Positions 1 to 8,049 of a stretch of DNA of 21,882 nt are shown piece after piece (the stretch's first letter is position 1; the number at the start of each line of letters is the position of its first letter). Location of the stretch: contig JAEOTC010000160.1 in NCBI GenBank assembly GCA_016840035.1, positions 1-21,882 of the forward strand. Direction: 5' to 3'. This DNA comes from Candidatus Hodarchaeota archaeon. Lineage in GTDB: Archaea; Asgardarchaeota; Heimdallarchaeia; Hodarchaeales; Hodarchaeaceae. The position numbers were made by a program, and so were the translations under genes. The notes under the pieces were generated by a model. It saw nothing but the letters and a program-made list of their open reading frames with translations, did not search any database and had not been told where the DNA came from.

Positions 1-30
1 GACACTTGAAAAGTTTTACAGATATACTCC

Positions 31-38
31 TTTATAAA
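31..38 (+). promoter_or_regulatory. Candidate archaeal TATA box (TTTATAAA) upstream of a structured leader and the thiolase gene
   Basis: TTTATAAA at 31-38 matches the archaeal TATA consensus. It is palindromic, so it could equally serve a minus-strand gene outside the window. Confidence 0.35.
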
Positions 39-257
39 TGAATCGTAACCAGAGTCACTCTGGGGAGCGGGAATGAAATTAGCAGATAACTAGCGCATTT
101 CATCGATTCTATTATCAGAATGGTTTCAACAAATTAAAAAAGGTTTCCTGTCTCACCACTCATTTTTGAGTGAAGGTTCTATAGAACGAAGAATTTCTAG
201 GAATAATTAAAATCTTGAGAAATTCGACCTCTGTTAAATATAAATGAGGTCTTATTC

Positions 258-1433
258 TTGAATAAACCTGTAATTGTGAGCTTAGCAAGAACACCTATGG
301 GAAAAATGATGGGAGCATTCGCTAACTTTTCCGCTGCAAATCTAGGTGCAGTTGTCATCAAAGAGGCTGTAAAAAGATCAACGCTTGATGGCAAAGATAT
401 TGATCACGTCATATTGGGGCAGGTAATATCCGCAGGATGTGCCCAAAACACTGCACGACAAGCAACAATATACGCAGACCTTCCAGTTTCAACTGGAGCT
501 ATTACAATCAACAAAGTGTGTGGATCTGGAATGGCATCAGTCATATGGGCTGCTCAAATGATAAAAACTGGAGATATGGATGTAGTTGTGGCAGGTGGAA
601 CAGAAAATATGTCCATGGCTCCTTATTTACTCTTAAAAGGTAGACAGGGATATCGGTATGGGAATAACCAACTGATAGATGCGATGTACCATGATGGATT
701 ATATGATATCTATCATGATATGGCAATGGGAAACACGGGTGACATTGTTTCCAAGAGATTTAAGATCAGTAGGAAAGAAATGGATGTTTTTGCTTTTAAT
801 TCACACCAACGGGCACATAAAGCCACTCAAGAGGGAATATTTAAAGATGAAATCGTTCCTGTCGAAATAAAAACCCGTAAAGGTACAATTTCCGTAACAG
901 AAGATGAAGGTATAAGACCAAATACTTCTGTAGAGGCATTAGCAAAACTACGTCCTGCATTTTCAAAAACAGGGAAAGTAACTGCAGGGAATGCTTCACA
1001 AATCTCAGATGGAGCGGCTGCCGTAGTGGTAATGTCAGAAGACTTAGCAAAGGAAAAAGGGATCCCTATTCTTGCACATATTTCTGCTTATGGTACAAAT
1101 GCCACCAAACCTGAATGGGTTATGGAAGCTCCAATTGAAGGAGTAAAACAACTTTTAGAGAAGACAAATAATACTATTGCTGATTTTGACATAATAGAAC
1201 ACAATGAAGCTTTCGCAGCAGCTAGTTGTGCAGTCAGAAATGAGTTGAATATTCCTGATGAAAAATTTAACGTCAATGGAGGAGCAGTTGCTCTTGGACA
1301 TCCTCTCGGTTGCTCTGGAACTCGTATCCTAGTCACTTTATACCATGAACTCGCAAAACGCAATGGTAAAAAGGGATTAGCTACTATCTGCTTGGGCGGT
1401 GGAGAAGCTATGAGCTTGATTATTGAAAGATAA
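258..1433 (+). CDS. Acetyl-CoA C-acetyltransferase (thiolase)
   Basis: 391 aa. Active-site [22 protein letters not shown] and C-terminal [10 protein letters not shown] thiolase motifs. TTG start preceded by GAGGT at 246-250. Confidence 0.96.
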   Translation: MNKPVIVSLARTPMGKMMGAFANFSAANLGAVVIKEAVKRSTLDGKDIDHVILGQVISAGCAQNTARQATIYADLPVSTGAITINKVCGSGMASVIWAAQMIKTGDMDVVVAGGTENMSMAPYLLLKGRQGYRYGNNQLIDAMYHDGLYDIYHDMAMGNTGDIVSKRFKISRKEMDVFAFNSHQRAHKATQEGIFKDEIVPVEIKTRKGTISVTEDEGIRPNTSVEALAKLRPAFSKTGKVTAGNASQISDGAAAVVVMSEDLAKEKGIPILAHISAYGTNATKPEWVMEAPIEGVKQLLEKTNNTIADFDIIEHNEAFAAASCAVRNELNIPDEKFNVNGGAVALGHPLGCSGTRILVTLYHELAKRNGKKGLATICLGGGEAMSLIIER

Positions 1434-1452
1434 TGTAACAATTTTGTACGCA

Positions 1453-2133
1453 CTAGTAGACGAGAATAGTTTCCTGCTTCTCCTTGTAGAAGAAGTTTAA
1501 GACACGGAAATGTGTCTTTATATTCTCAACAATCGGTTTTATTGGTTGCCAGTCTTCATTCCAATCAATAAACCATACTTCTATTTGGGAACTCCAAGGA
1601 TGTATTCCAGAGAGGACTTCATTTAATAGGATTTGATATTCGGAATGCAAACGATGTAGATAACTCAAAGGGAGAAGAGAATCTTGTTCAGCTTCACGAT
1701 TCCTATCCTTTATTCGCTGAAAAGCCACTTCAGGAGATACATCTAAGAATATCAGTAAGTTAGGAGGATGGATAGTTTGAATAAACATGTTATACGCGTA
1801 TTCATAAATTTTCCAGTTAATGGGATTAATCTTCTTATCCTTCATAAGCATCTGTGTAAATACACGATCTCCTGGTAATGCTCTATCAATTACTGCACCT
1901 TGTTGATGATTAATAGTACGAGCAGCTTCTGATTGAATTGCAAAACGCTTATTGAGCATATCGATTTGAAAAGAAAAACCCCAAGTTGTCTGGTCCTCAT
2001 AATAGATTTTTAATAATTCTTCGTTTAACGGTTCTTGAAAAACATGTAAATTTAGTAAATTACCAATTTCTTTTGCGACTGTCGTTTTTCCCGCTCCAAT
2101 AATGCCATCTACCCAAATTAATGGCTGAATCAT
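1453..2133 (-). CDS. Deoxynucleoside kinase (dAK/dCK/dGK family)
   Basis: P-loop [10 protein letters not shown], 'FQEP', DR..GDRVF (variant of ERS..D), lid [10 protein letters not shown] and LSYL..LH..Y. Start moved from 2166 to ATG 2133 because GGAGGAG (2144-2150, minus strand) precedes it. Confidence 0.88.
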   Translation of the reverse strand: MIQPLIWVDGIIGAGKTTVAKEIGNLLNLHVFQEPLNEELLKIYYEDQTTWGFSFQIDMLNKRFAIQSEAARTINHQQGAVIDRALPGDRVFTQMLMKDKKINPINWKIYEYAYNMFIQTIHPPNLLIFLDVSPEVAFQRIKDRNREAEQDSLLPLSYLHRLHSEYQILLNEVLSGIHPWSSQIEVWFIDWNEDWQPIKPIVENIKTHFRVLNFFYKEKQETILVY

Positions 2134-2348
2134 TATTGAACCGCTCCTCCAACAGTTAAAACCCACATCAGATTTTTTCCCTATGTATTTACTTTTAATA
2201 AGAAATTGTATTTTAGTGTCTACTAGATGAAAATGCTAAGGGGAGTTAAAAACCTTCGTACTACTACATTCGTACTAGATGAATTGATTTCTGGATTCTT
2301 GGTGATTCCTTTACTCTAATTCAAGATCGATTGCCGATAAAAAATTGC

Positions 2349-2388
2349 TTATAAAGAAAAATGTAAGTGAGTTACACTAATTGAGTGT
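2349..2388 (+). promoter_or_regulatory. Candidate TATA box plus downstream palindrome (possible operator) for the ABC operon
   Basis: TTATAAAG at 2349-2356 after an A-rich stretch; ACACT-aattg-AGTGT palindrome at 2374-2388, where the transcription start would be expected. Confidence 0.45.
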
Positions 2389-2399
2389 GATAGTAAACA

Positions 2400-3458
2400 A
2401 TGTCGACAAGTAAAATGATTGAAGTAAGAGATTTAACTAAACACTACTCATCAAAAAAACGGTTAGGATTATTCAAAAGTAAAAAAAATACAGTAGAAGC
2501 ATTAAAAGGAGTGACTTTTGATGTAGATCAGGGGGAAGTATTTGGATTACTAGGTCCAAACGGAGCAGGAAAAACCACACTTATAAAAATCTTAACCACA
2601 TTATTGCTACCTACTTCAGGTATAGCGAAAGTGAATGGTTATACATTGGATCAGGATAAGGAAATCAAATCCTCTATAGGGGCTATGCTTATGGGGGAGC
2701 GTGGATTATATTGGAAATTGACTGGTCAAGAAAATTTGGAGTATTTCGGGGCATTATACCATGTACCAAAAGCTACTCGGAAGGAACGAATTGAATCTCT
2801 TATCAGTTTACTAGAACTCGAAAAGATAGCAGATAGAACTGTTGAGACATATTCGTCTGGTCAAAAAATGAAGATGGTATTCGCCCGTGCACTTGTTAAT
2901 GATGCACCAATTCTTATGCTTGATGAACCCACCAACACATTGGACGTCAAAGAAGCAAGAAGATTGCGGAAAATTGTGAAGGAACAAAATGAGGATTATA
3001 AAAAGACAATAATCTATTGTACCCATCTAATGGTTGAAGCAGAAGAGTTGTGTCATCGAGTAGGAATTATTGATCAAGGAGAAATCATTGCCCTGGATGA
3101 CCCTATGGATCTGAAACAAGATCTACAAGAGAATGATATCCTTAGTATTGAAGGAACAATACCTGAAAATGCTCAATCAGCAATAGAATCAACTCCCGGT
3201 GTTTTATCGGCTCAAATGCTAGTTAAACAAATAAATAATGGATCAACAGAGACCAGACCATATCTCAATATAACTTGTGAGAACAGTCATCAAAATCTAC
3301 CAGAAATTATTTCAACTCTGACAACAAACGGAGCAGTTATTCGCAATATTGACAAGAAAGAAACTACCCTTGAAGATGTTTTTGTTAATATTACAGGACG
3401 ATCATTGATGGATGACACAAGTCTGGTTATCAAAGCTAAAGTGGGAAGTGAGAAATAG
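2400..3458 (+). CDS. ABC-2 type exporter ATP-binding subunit (DrrA-like)
   Basis: Walker A GPNGAGKTT, signature YSSGQ, Walker B ILMLDEPT, H-loop CTH, C-terminal TLEDVF motif. Confidence 0.95.
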   Translation: MSTSKMIEVRDLTKHYSSKKRLGLFKSKKNTVEALKGVTFDVDQGEVFGLLGPNGAGKTTLIKILTTLLLPTSGIAKVNGYTLDQDKEIKSSIGAMLMGERGLYWKLTGQENLEYFGALYHVPKATRKERIESLISLLELEKIADRTVETYSSGQKMKMVFARALVNDAPILMLDEPTNTLDVKEARRLRKIVKEQNEDYKKTIIYCTHLMVEAEELCHRVGIIDQGEIIALDDPMDLKQDLQENDILSIEGTIPENAQSAIESTPGVLSAQMLVKQINNGSTETRPYLNITCENSHQNLPEIISTLTTNGAVIRNIDKKETTLEDVFVNITGRSLMDDTSLVIKAKVGSEK

Positions 3459-4324
3459 TGTACGCTCCAATCCAAGAAATAACACTTCGAAGCCATTGGG
3501 GTGTGATCTGGGGAACCTTCATAGTTAGATTGAAGACGATTTCTCGCTATAAGGGCATGTTATTGATGGATATCCTAGTTCCAGTATTTTTAGCAGCTAT
3601 GCCAATACTGTTGGGACAAGCTCTGTCGGGTTCCATTTCAGCAGCTTCATCAAATTTTGAAAAAAATACTGGTCTAGTAGGAGCAAATTATGTGGCGTTC
3701 ATTATAATCGGAGCAAATGTATTTGCCACTGTAACAACTTCTCTTTGGCTATTTGGGTTTTTCATAAGGAGAGAACAGACTCTTGGCACATTAGAGGCAT
3801 TATTCATGTCTCCTGCTCATCAGATCTCAATTTTAATAGGACTTACATTATACGTCCAAGTTCGGTCAGTTATCACATTTTTAGGAGGTTATTTCTTCGG
3901 GTGTCTTCTATTCTCTGTTAATCCAATTCAAGGCCAAGTCCTTTTAGCGCTCGGAATTCTTCTATTTGGGTTAATTCCAATTTATGGGTTATCATTTCTA
4001 TTAGGTGCACTTGTTCTGAAAGTAAAACAAGCAAATAGTCTGCTTAGCACACTTCAATGGGTTGTAGGCTCATTAATGGGAGTTTTTTTCCCTGTAACTG
4101 TTTTACCAGTAACTTTCCAAGTCCTTGCCTACCTCTTTCCAGGATTCTGGCTTAATTATAATATTCAAGCTGCATTGATGGGATTAGAATGGTTTTTTAT
4201 CAACATGTACGGACATCTGAGCATTCTTTTTATATTTGCTATAACTTGTCCTCTCATAGGGTACATGATTTTCTCGAAAACTGAATATCGCAGTAAAAGA
4301 GCAGAAGGAATTGGACAGTTTTAG
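3458..4324 (+). CDS. ABC-2 type permease
   Basis: About 6 hydrophobic segments, EQTLGTLEALFMSP motif, GVFFPV..LP motif. GTG start overlaps the ATPase stop. Confidence 0.92.
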   Translation: MYAPIQEITLRSHWGVIWGTFIVRLKTISRYKGMLLMDILVPVFLAAMPILLGQALSGSISAASSNFEKNTGLVGANYVAFIIIGANVFATVTTSLWLFGFFIRREQTLGTLEALFMSPAHQISILIGLTLYVQVRSVITFLGGYFFGCLLFSVNPIQGQVLLALGILLFGLIPIYGLSFLLGALVLKVKQANSLLSTLQWVVGSLMGVFFPVTVLPVTFQVLAYLFPGFWLNYNIQAALMGLEWFFINMYGHLSILFIFAITCPLIGYMIFSKTEYRSKRAEGIGQF

Positions 4325-4335
4325 GAGGAATATGA

Positions 4336-5175
4336 ATGGTACTCGCAACACATAAACAAGAGCGAATTTATGGAAAAAGAGCATGGTGGAACCAATTTTG
4401 GTCTATGACGAAGAAGGAATTTACCGTATTAACTCGTTACAAATTTTCATTTATTCTCAGCTTTGTACAGGTTATGGTGATTATGTTTGTTTTTACTGTA
4501 GCGGCTATGGTACTCACTCCTCCTGACCAAGAAAGCTACGGAGCTGGAATCATGTTTTATTCTTTCATTCTCTTCATGTTTCTTTCTACCGCACTCTGGG
4601 ATATCGGGAACTCACTTCGGGAGGAACAATACCAAGGAACACTAGAGTCCTTATTCATGTCTCCTATTAGTTATTTTTCAACACTGATCTCAAGAATCCT
4701 TTCAAATGTTATCTGGACGAGTTTAAATGTAGCAATCGCGTTCCTCTTTATGTCTCTAGTCTTTGGTCAATTGCCTGTGGAAAATTTAATTTTAGGAATC
4801 GTTGTTCTTATTCTTAGTCTATTTGTTTGTTTTGGATTCTCCTTTGGATTTGCGGGGTTAGCATTACAATACAAAGAGTCAATGAATACTTTAACAAACT
4901 TCTTACAATTTTTCTTTATGATAGTTTGTGCAATGTTTTTCCCGTTTTCTGCTCTACCAGATATCGTCCTGATCGTATCAAGACTTATTCCACTTTCTTA
5001 TTGTGTTGACCTCTTCCGTTCTACGATGATCGGTTCCACACCTGAACTTCTATCATTTGAGCTAGAATTTACCATTGTAGCATTATTTTCGATTATCTTA
5101 CCATTTCTAGGAATTTTATTTTTCCGACGTACTGTTACAAATGCTAGAAGACGAGGGACACTAGCAGAGTACTAA
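4336..5175 (+). CDS. ABC-2 type permease (second subunit)
   Basis: EQYQGTLESLFMSP, FFPFSALP and PLSY..DLFR motifs; AGGAGG RBS directly upstream; paralogous to the preceding permease. Confidence 0.92.
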   Translation: MVLATHKQERIYGKRAWWNQFWSMTKKEFTVLTRYKFSFILSFVQVMVIMFVFTVAAMVLTPPDQESYGAGIMFYSFILFMFLSTALWDIGNSLREEQYQGTLESLFMSPISYFSTLISRILSNVIWTSLNVAIAFLFMSLVFGQLPVENLILGIVVLILSLFVCFGFSFGFAGLALQYKESMNTLTNFLQFFFMIVCAMFFPFSALPDIVLIVSRLIPLSYCVDLFRSTMIGSTPELLSFELEFTIVALFSIILPFLGILFFRRTVTNARRRGTLAEY

Positions 5176-5199
5176 AGAATTATGCTTCAGATAAGTCCC

Positions 5200-5243
5200 A
5201 AAAAAAACTGAAAACTCCACAATATTGATTTTTTGAAATCAAT
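5200..5243. terminator. Probable terminator between convergent genes
   Basis: ATTGATTT-tttg-AAATCAAT inverted repeat (5224-5243) abutting the stop of the 55-aa ORF, plus an 8-nt A run at 5200-5207 (T-tract on the minus strand). Confidence 0.45.
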
Positions 5244-5411
5244 CTATGATAGCAATAAGACGATGTAGTTATTTAACCATGGACAACCAATTGGGTTGAA
5301 TTCTTGACCGACTCCACATCGTTCTAAATGATCACAAATCAGGCATGGACAATCCCATGGTTTAGAAAGTTCCGGATAATTCTCCTGAGTCAGTAATTCT
5401 TCCATTGACAT
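5244..5411 (-). CDS. 55-aa protein resembling the C-terminal 4Fe-4S domain of TFE-beta / RNA polymerase III subunit RPC34(C39); not in the ORF track
   Basis: Manual translation: MSMEELLTQENYPELSKPWDCPCLICDHLERCGVGQEFNPIGCPWLNNYIVLLLS*. Contains PC-x2-C-x5-C-x7-P-x2-C-x2-L. An in-frame TAA two codons upstream means there is no N-terminal winged helix. Confidence 0.72.
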   Translation of the reverse strand: MSMEELLTQENYPELSKPWDCPCLICDHLERCGVGQEFNPIGCPWLNNYIVLLLS

Positions 5412-5616
5412 TGTTTATTCTATCCATTCATCGAAATATCGCTGTAGGAGATAATGAAAAACAGGGAGAGATTCGTATGTATACAAAAATGTCTCTGTTT
5501 GGAGTGATCTACAAATATTTGGTATATATTCGGGTTTTTTATTTTTTTAGTAGCTAATTTACCGCTATTTTACTATCGTCTAGAATATAAAATTCATTCA
5601 TTCTCGAAATTAGCTT

Positions 5617-7230
5617 TCAATCACAATTAGAGGAATTAAAAATCTCACTCCTGACTGATTTTCGGAGTAAAGTATCTTTTATTGTTTTTCGTTTCTTCGG
5701 ATAATCAATTGTATAATGAACTCCTCTACTCTCTTTGCGATGAAATCCCGCATCAATAACCATCTGTGCCACATCAGCTAGATTTCGGAGTTCAATGAGA
5801 TCTGAGGTGATATGAAAATCCCAGTAATACTGATTAATCTCATCTTGAAGAAGATGAATCCGTTGTTGAGCACGACGAAAACGCTTATCAGATCTAACGA
5901 CTCCAACATAATTCCACATTAATAGTCGAAGTTCCATCCAATTCTGGGAAACTACCACAGATTCATCACTATCTACTGCATCTCCAGAGTGCCAAGGAGA
6001 AAATGAACATGCTGGAGGGGCTTTGTCTAGTAGATTTCGACATTCTTGGGCTGCAAAATGAGCCATTACACTAGATTCAAGTAATGAATTGGATGCGAGA
6101 CGATTAGCTCCATGAAAACCAGTACAGGCTGTTTCTCCGATCGCAAGTAATCCTGGAATGTCTGTAGAACCAGAAACAGACGCTTTTACTCCTCCAATAG
6201 CATAATGAGCTGCTGGGACAACAGGAATTAGTTCTTTAGTAATATCAATTCCTAATCCTAAACATTTTGCATGAATTCCTGGAAATCGATTTTTGATGAA
6301 ATCCGAATCTTTGAATGAAATATCCAAAAACAAGCAATCATTCCCCGAACGTTTTAATTCAGCATCCATCGCTCTCGCCACAATATCTCTAGGCGCTAGT
6401 TCTAGCCGAGAATCATAAGCAGCCATAAAACGATTTCCAGATGCATCGATTAACTTAGCACCTTCTCCTCTCAATGCTTCAGAAATTAGAAATGACTTTG
6501 CATGTGGGTGATATAGCAAGGTAGGATGAAATTGGATGAACTCCATATTCATTACTGTAGCACCTGCACGATATGCCATTGCAATTCCATCCCCGCTTGA
6601 AATGTCAGGGTTGCTGGTATAAAGGAATGCCTTTCCTAATCCCCCCGTAGCAAGAACAGTGACTCTCGCGGCAAAATTCTTTACAATATCTTTTTGTTTG
6701 TCTAACACATATGCCCCTAAGCATCTACCTGCTCGAATTTTAAGATTGATTGCAATATGATTTTCCAATACTGTTATACGAGGATCTTCTAAAACACGAT
6801 TAATTAGAGTTTCTTGTATATTTACTCCTGTGATATCTTTTGAATGAACAACACGACGATATGAATGTCCAGCTTCCAAACCTAAGTCATAATGATCAGA
6901 ACCTCGTTTTGAAAACTGAACTCCCCATTCAACTAACTCTTTAATACGTTCAGGACCTGCAAATACTATTTTTCGTACGACATCAGGATGACATAAACCA
7001 TCTCCCACATTTATTGTATCCTGAATGTGTTTGTCGAATGAATCTTCAGAAGACAATACAGCACTAATTCCACCTTGTGCAAGAATTGTCGCGCATTCCT
7101 TGAGGTTCGTTTTTGTCAAGACAATAACTTTACCAACATTGGCAACCTTTAATGCCAATGATAACCCAGCAATTCCCGAACCAATGATTAATACATCACA
7201 AGTTGTGTCTAATGAATCTATTGCGTTCAA
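5617..7230 (-). CDS. nadB: L-aspartate oxidase
   Basis: FAD-binding GSGIAG, AQGGI, LEAGHS.RR, MEFIQFHPT, LISEALRGEG, ELAPRDIVAR, GFHGANRLASNSLLE, ESRGVHY. Confidence 0.95.
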   Translation of the reverse strand: MNAIDSLDTTCDVLIIGSGIAGLSLALKVANVGKVIVLTKTNLKECATILAQGGISAVLSSEDSFDKHIQDTINVGDGLCHPDVVRKIVFAGPERIKELVEWGVQFSKRGSDHYDLGLEAGHSYRRVVHSKDITGVNIQETLINRVLEDPRITVLENHIAINLKIRAGRCLGAYVLDKQKDIVKNFAARVTVLATGGLGKAFLYTSNPDISSGDGIAMAYRAGATVMNMEFIQFHPTLLYHPHAKSFLISEALRGEGAKLIDASGNRFMAAYDSRLELAPRDIVARAMDAELKRSGNDCLFLDISFKDSDFIKNRFPGIHAKCLGLGIDITKELIPVVPAAHYAIGGVKASVSGSTDIPGLLAIGETACTGFHGANRLASNSLLESSVMAHFAAQECRNLLDKAPPACSFSPWHSGDAVDSDESVVVSQNWMELRLLMWNYVGVVRSDKRFRRAQQRIHLLQDEINQYYWDFHITSDLIELRNLADVAQMVIDAGFHRKESRGVHYTIDYPKKRKTIKDTLLRKSVRSEIFNSSNCD

Positions 7231-7376
7231 ATCTCATGCCTACTTGAGTAAACAGTTTTTTGGATTGTAGGTGATAGAACTAATCTTGGATTTAAATCAT
7301 AAATTGTTAATATAAAAATAACCAAATTAGCAAATATCCCATCTTGATCCTTTTAAGTATAGTTTCCTGTTTTTCA

Positions 7377-8033
7377 TCAACTTAAACGATAAGTACATTG
7401 CCCTCTATCCTCACAATTCTTACAGCGAGTTTCCCATTTAGACTTCTTGATATTTGTCCCCAGATTTATGGCAAAAGATACTGATTTAATCGGTTGCATC
7501 ATATATCCATCTGATAAAGTAACTCCGATGTCATCAGCAGGCAAATGTGAGAAAAAAATTCTTTGGTCGTTAACACTCCACTGACAATAACCAGGGCTAT
7601 ATCGAGAAGAGAATGAGAGATCTTGTTTTTCTGCAATTTTTGTGATCTCTAGATTGACAAGATCTGCGACCTTTTCTACACCAGCTGATCCAATAGCATC
7701 GAAAATAACACCATCAACATATTTTCCTTCACTCATCAATCTATTTACTTCAGATGGAAGTTTAACTCCGATTGTAACAATTGCTAAAGCAACTTGTTGA
7801 GTTTCTGCAAAACATTCACGTTTAGGGAGATCATTTACACTGAATAACTGAAAAATACCCTTTGGTGACATAAAATCATTAGCAATATGAAGTAATTGAT
7901 CGATCTGCGATTCGAGATCCTTCGGTATTTCTTTCGCTCTTAATTTCTTTGTAAAATTTCCATTTGGTTGAAGATAAGAAATTACATCCTCTTTTTTAAC
8001 CGAAATCTTCTCATAAGTGCGTCTTTGAACCAA
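7377..8033 (-). CDS. Stand-alone B12-dependent methionine synthase activation (SAM-binding reactivation) domain protein
   Basis: VTIG...E, D.IGSA.VE, RYSPGY, IGVTLS..YMM.P.KSVS motifs and a C-terminal CxxCx5C.YR tail. Confidence 0.88.
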   Translation of the reverse strand: MVQRRTYEKISVKKEDVISYLQPNGNFTKKLRAKEIPKDLESQIDQLLHIANDFMSPKGIFQLFSVNDLPKRECFAETQQVALAIVTIGVKLPSEVNRLMSEGKYVDGVIFDAIGSAGVEKVADLVNLEITKIAEKQDLSFSSRYSPGYCQWSVNDQRIFFSHLPADDIGVTLSDGYMMQPIKSVSFAINLGTNIKKSKWETRCKNCEDRGQCTYRLS

Positions 8034-8049
8034 ATTGGAAACCGAATTT

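Noticed and set aside
73-210. Amber read-through of the uORF MKLADN-TAG would give a 45-codon peptide (possible pyrrolysine recoding)
   Set aside because: The product resembles nothing, no pyl genes are in the window, and the local MttB is non-Pyl.
197-1453. Short alternative-frame and antisense ORFs over the thiolase (197-394, 437-643, 541-726, 679-870, 841-1050, 1088-1453)
   Set aside because: Shadows of a well-supported gene, with no recognisable motifs.
2811-5009. Small ORFs overlapping the ABC operon (2811-3026, 3290-3496, 4184-4384, 4827-5009)
   Set aside because: Antisense or off-frame shadows of confident CDSs.
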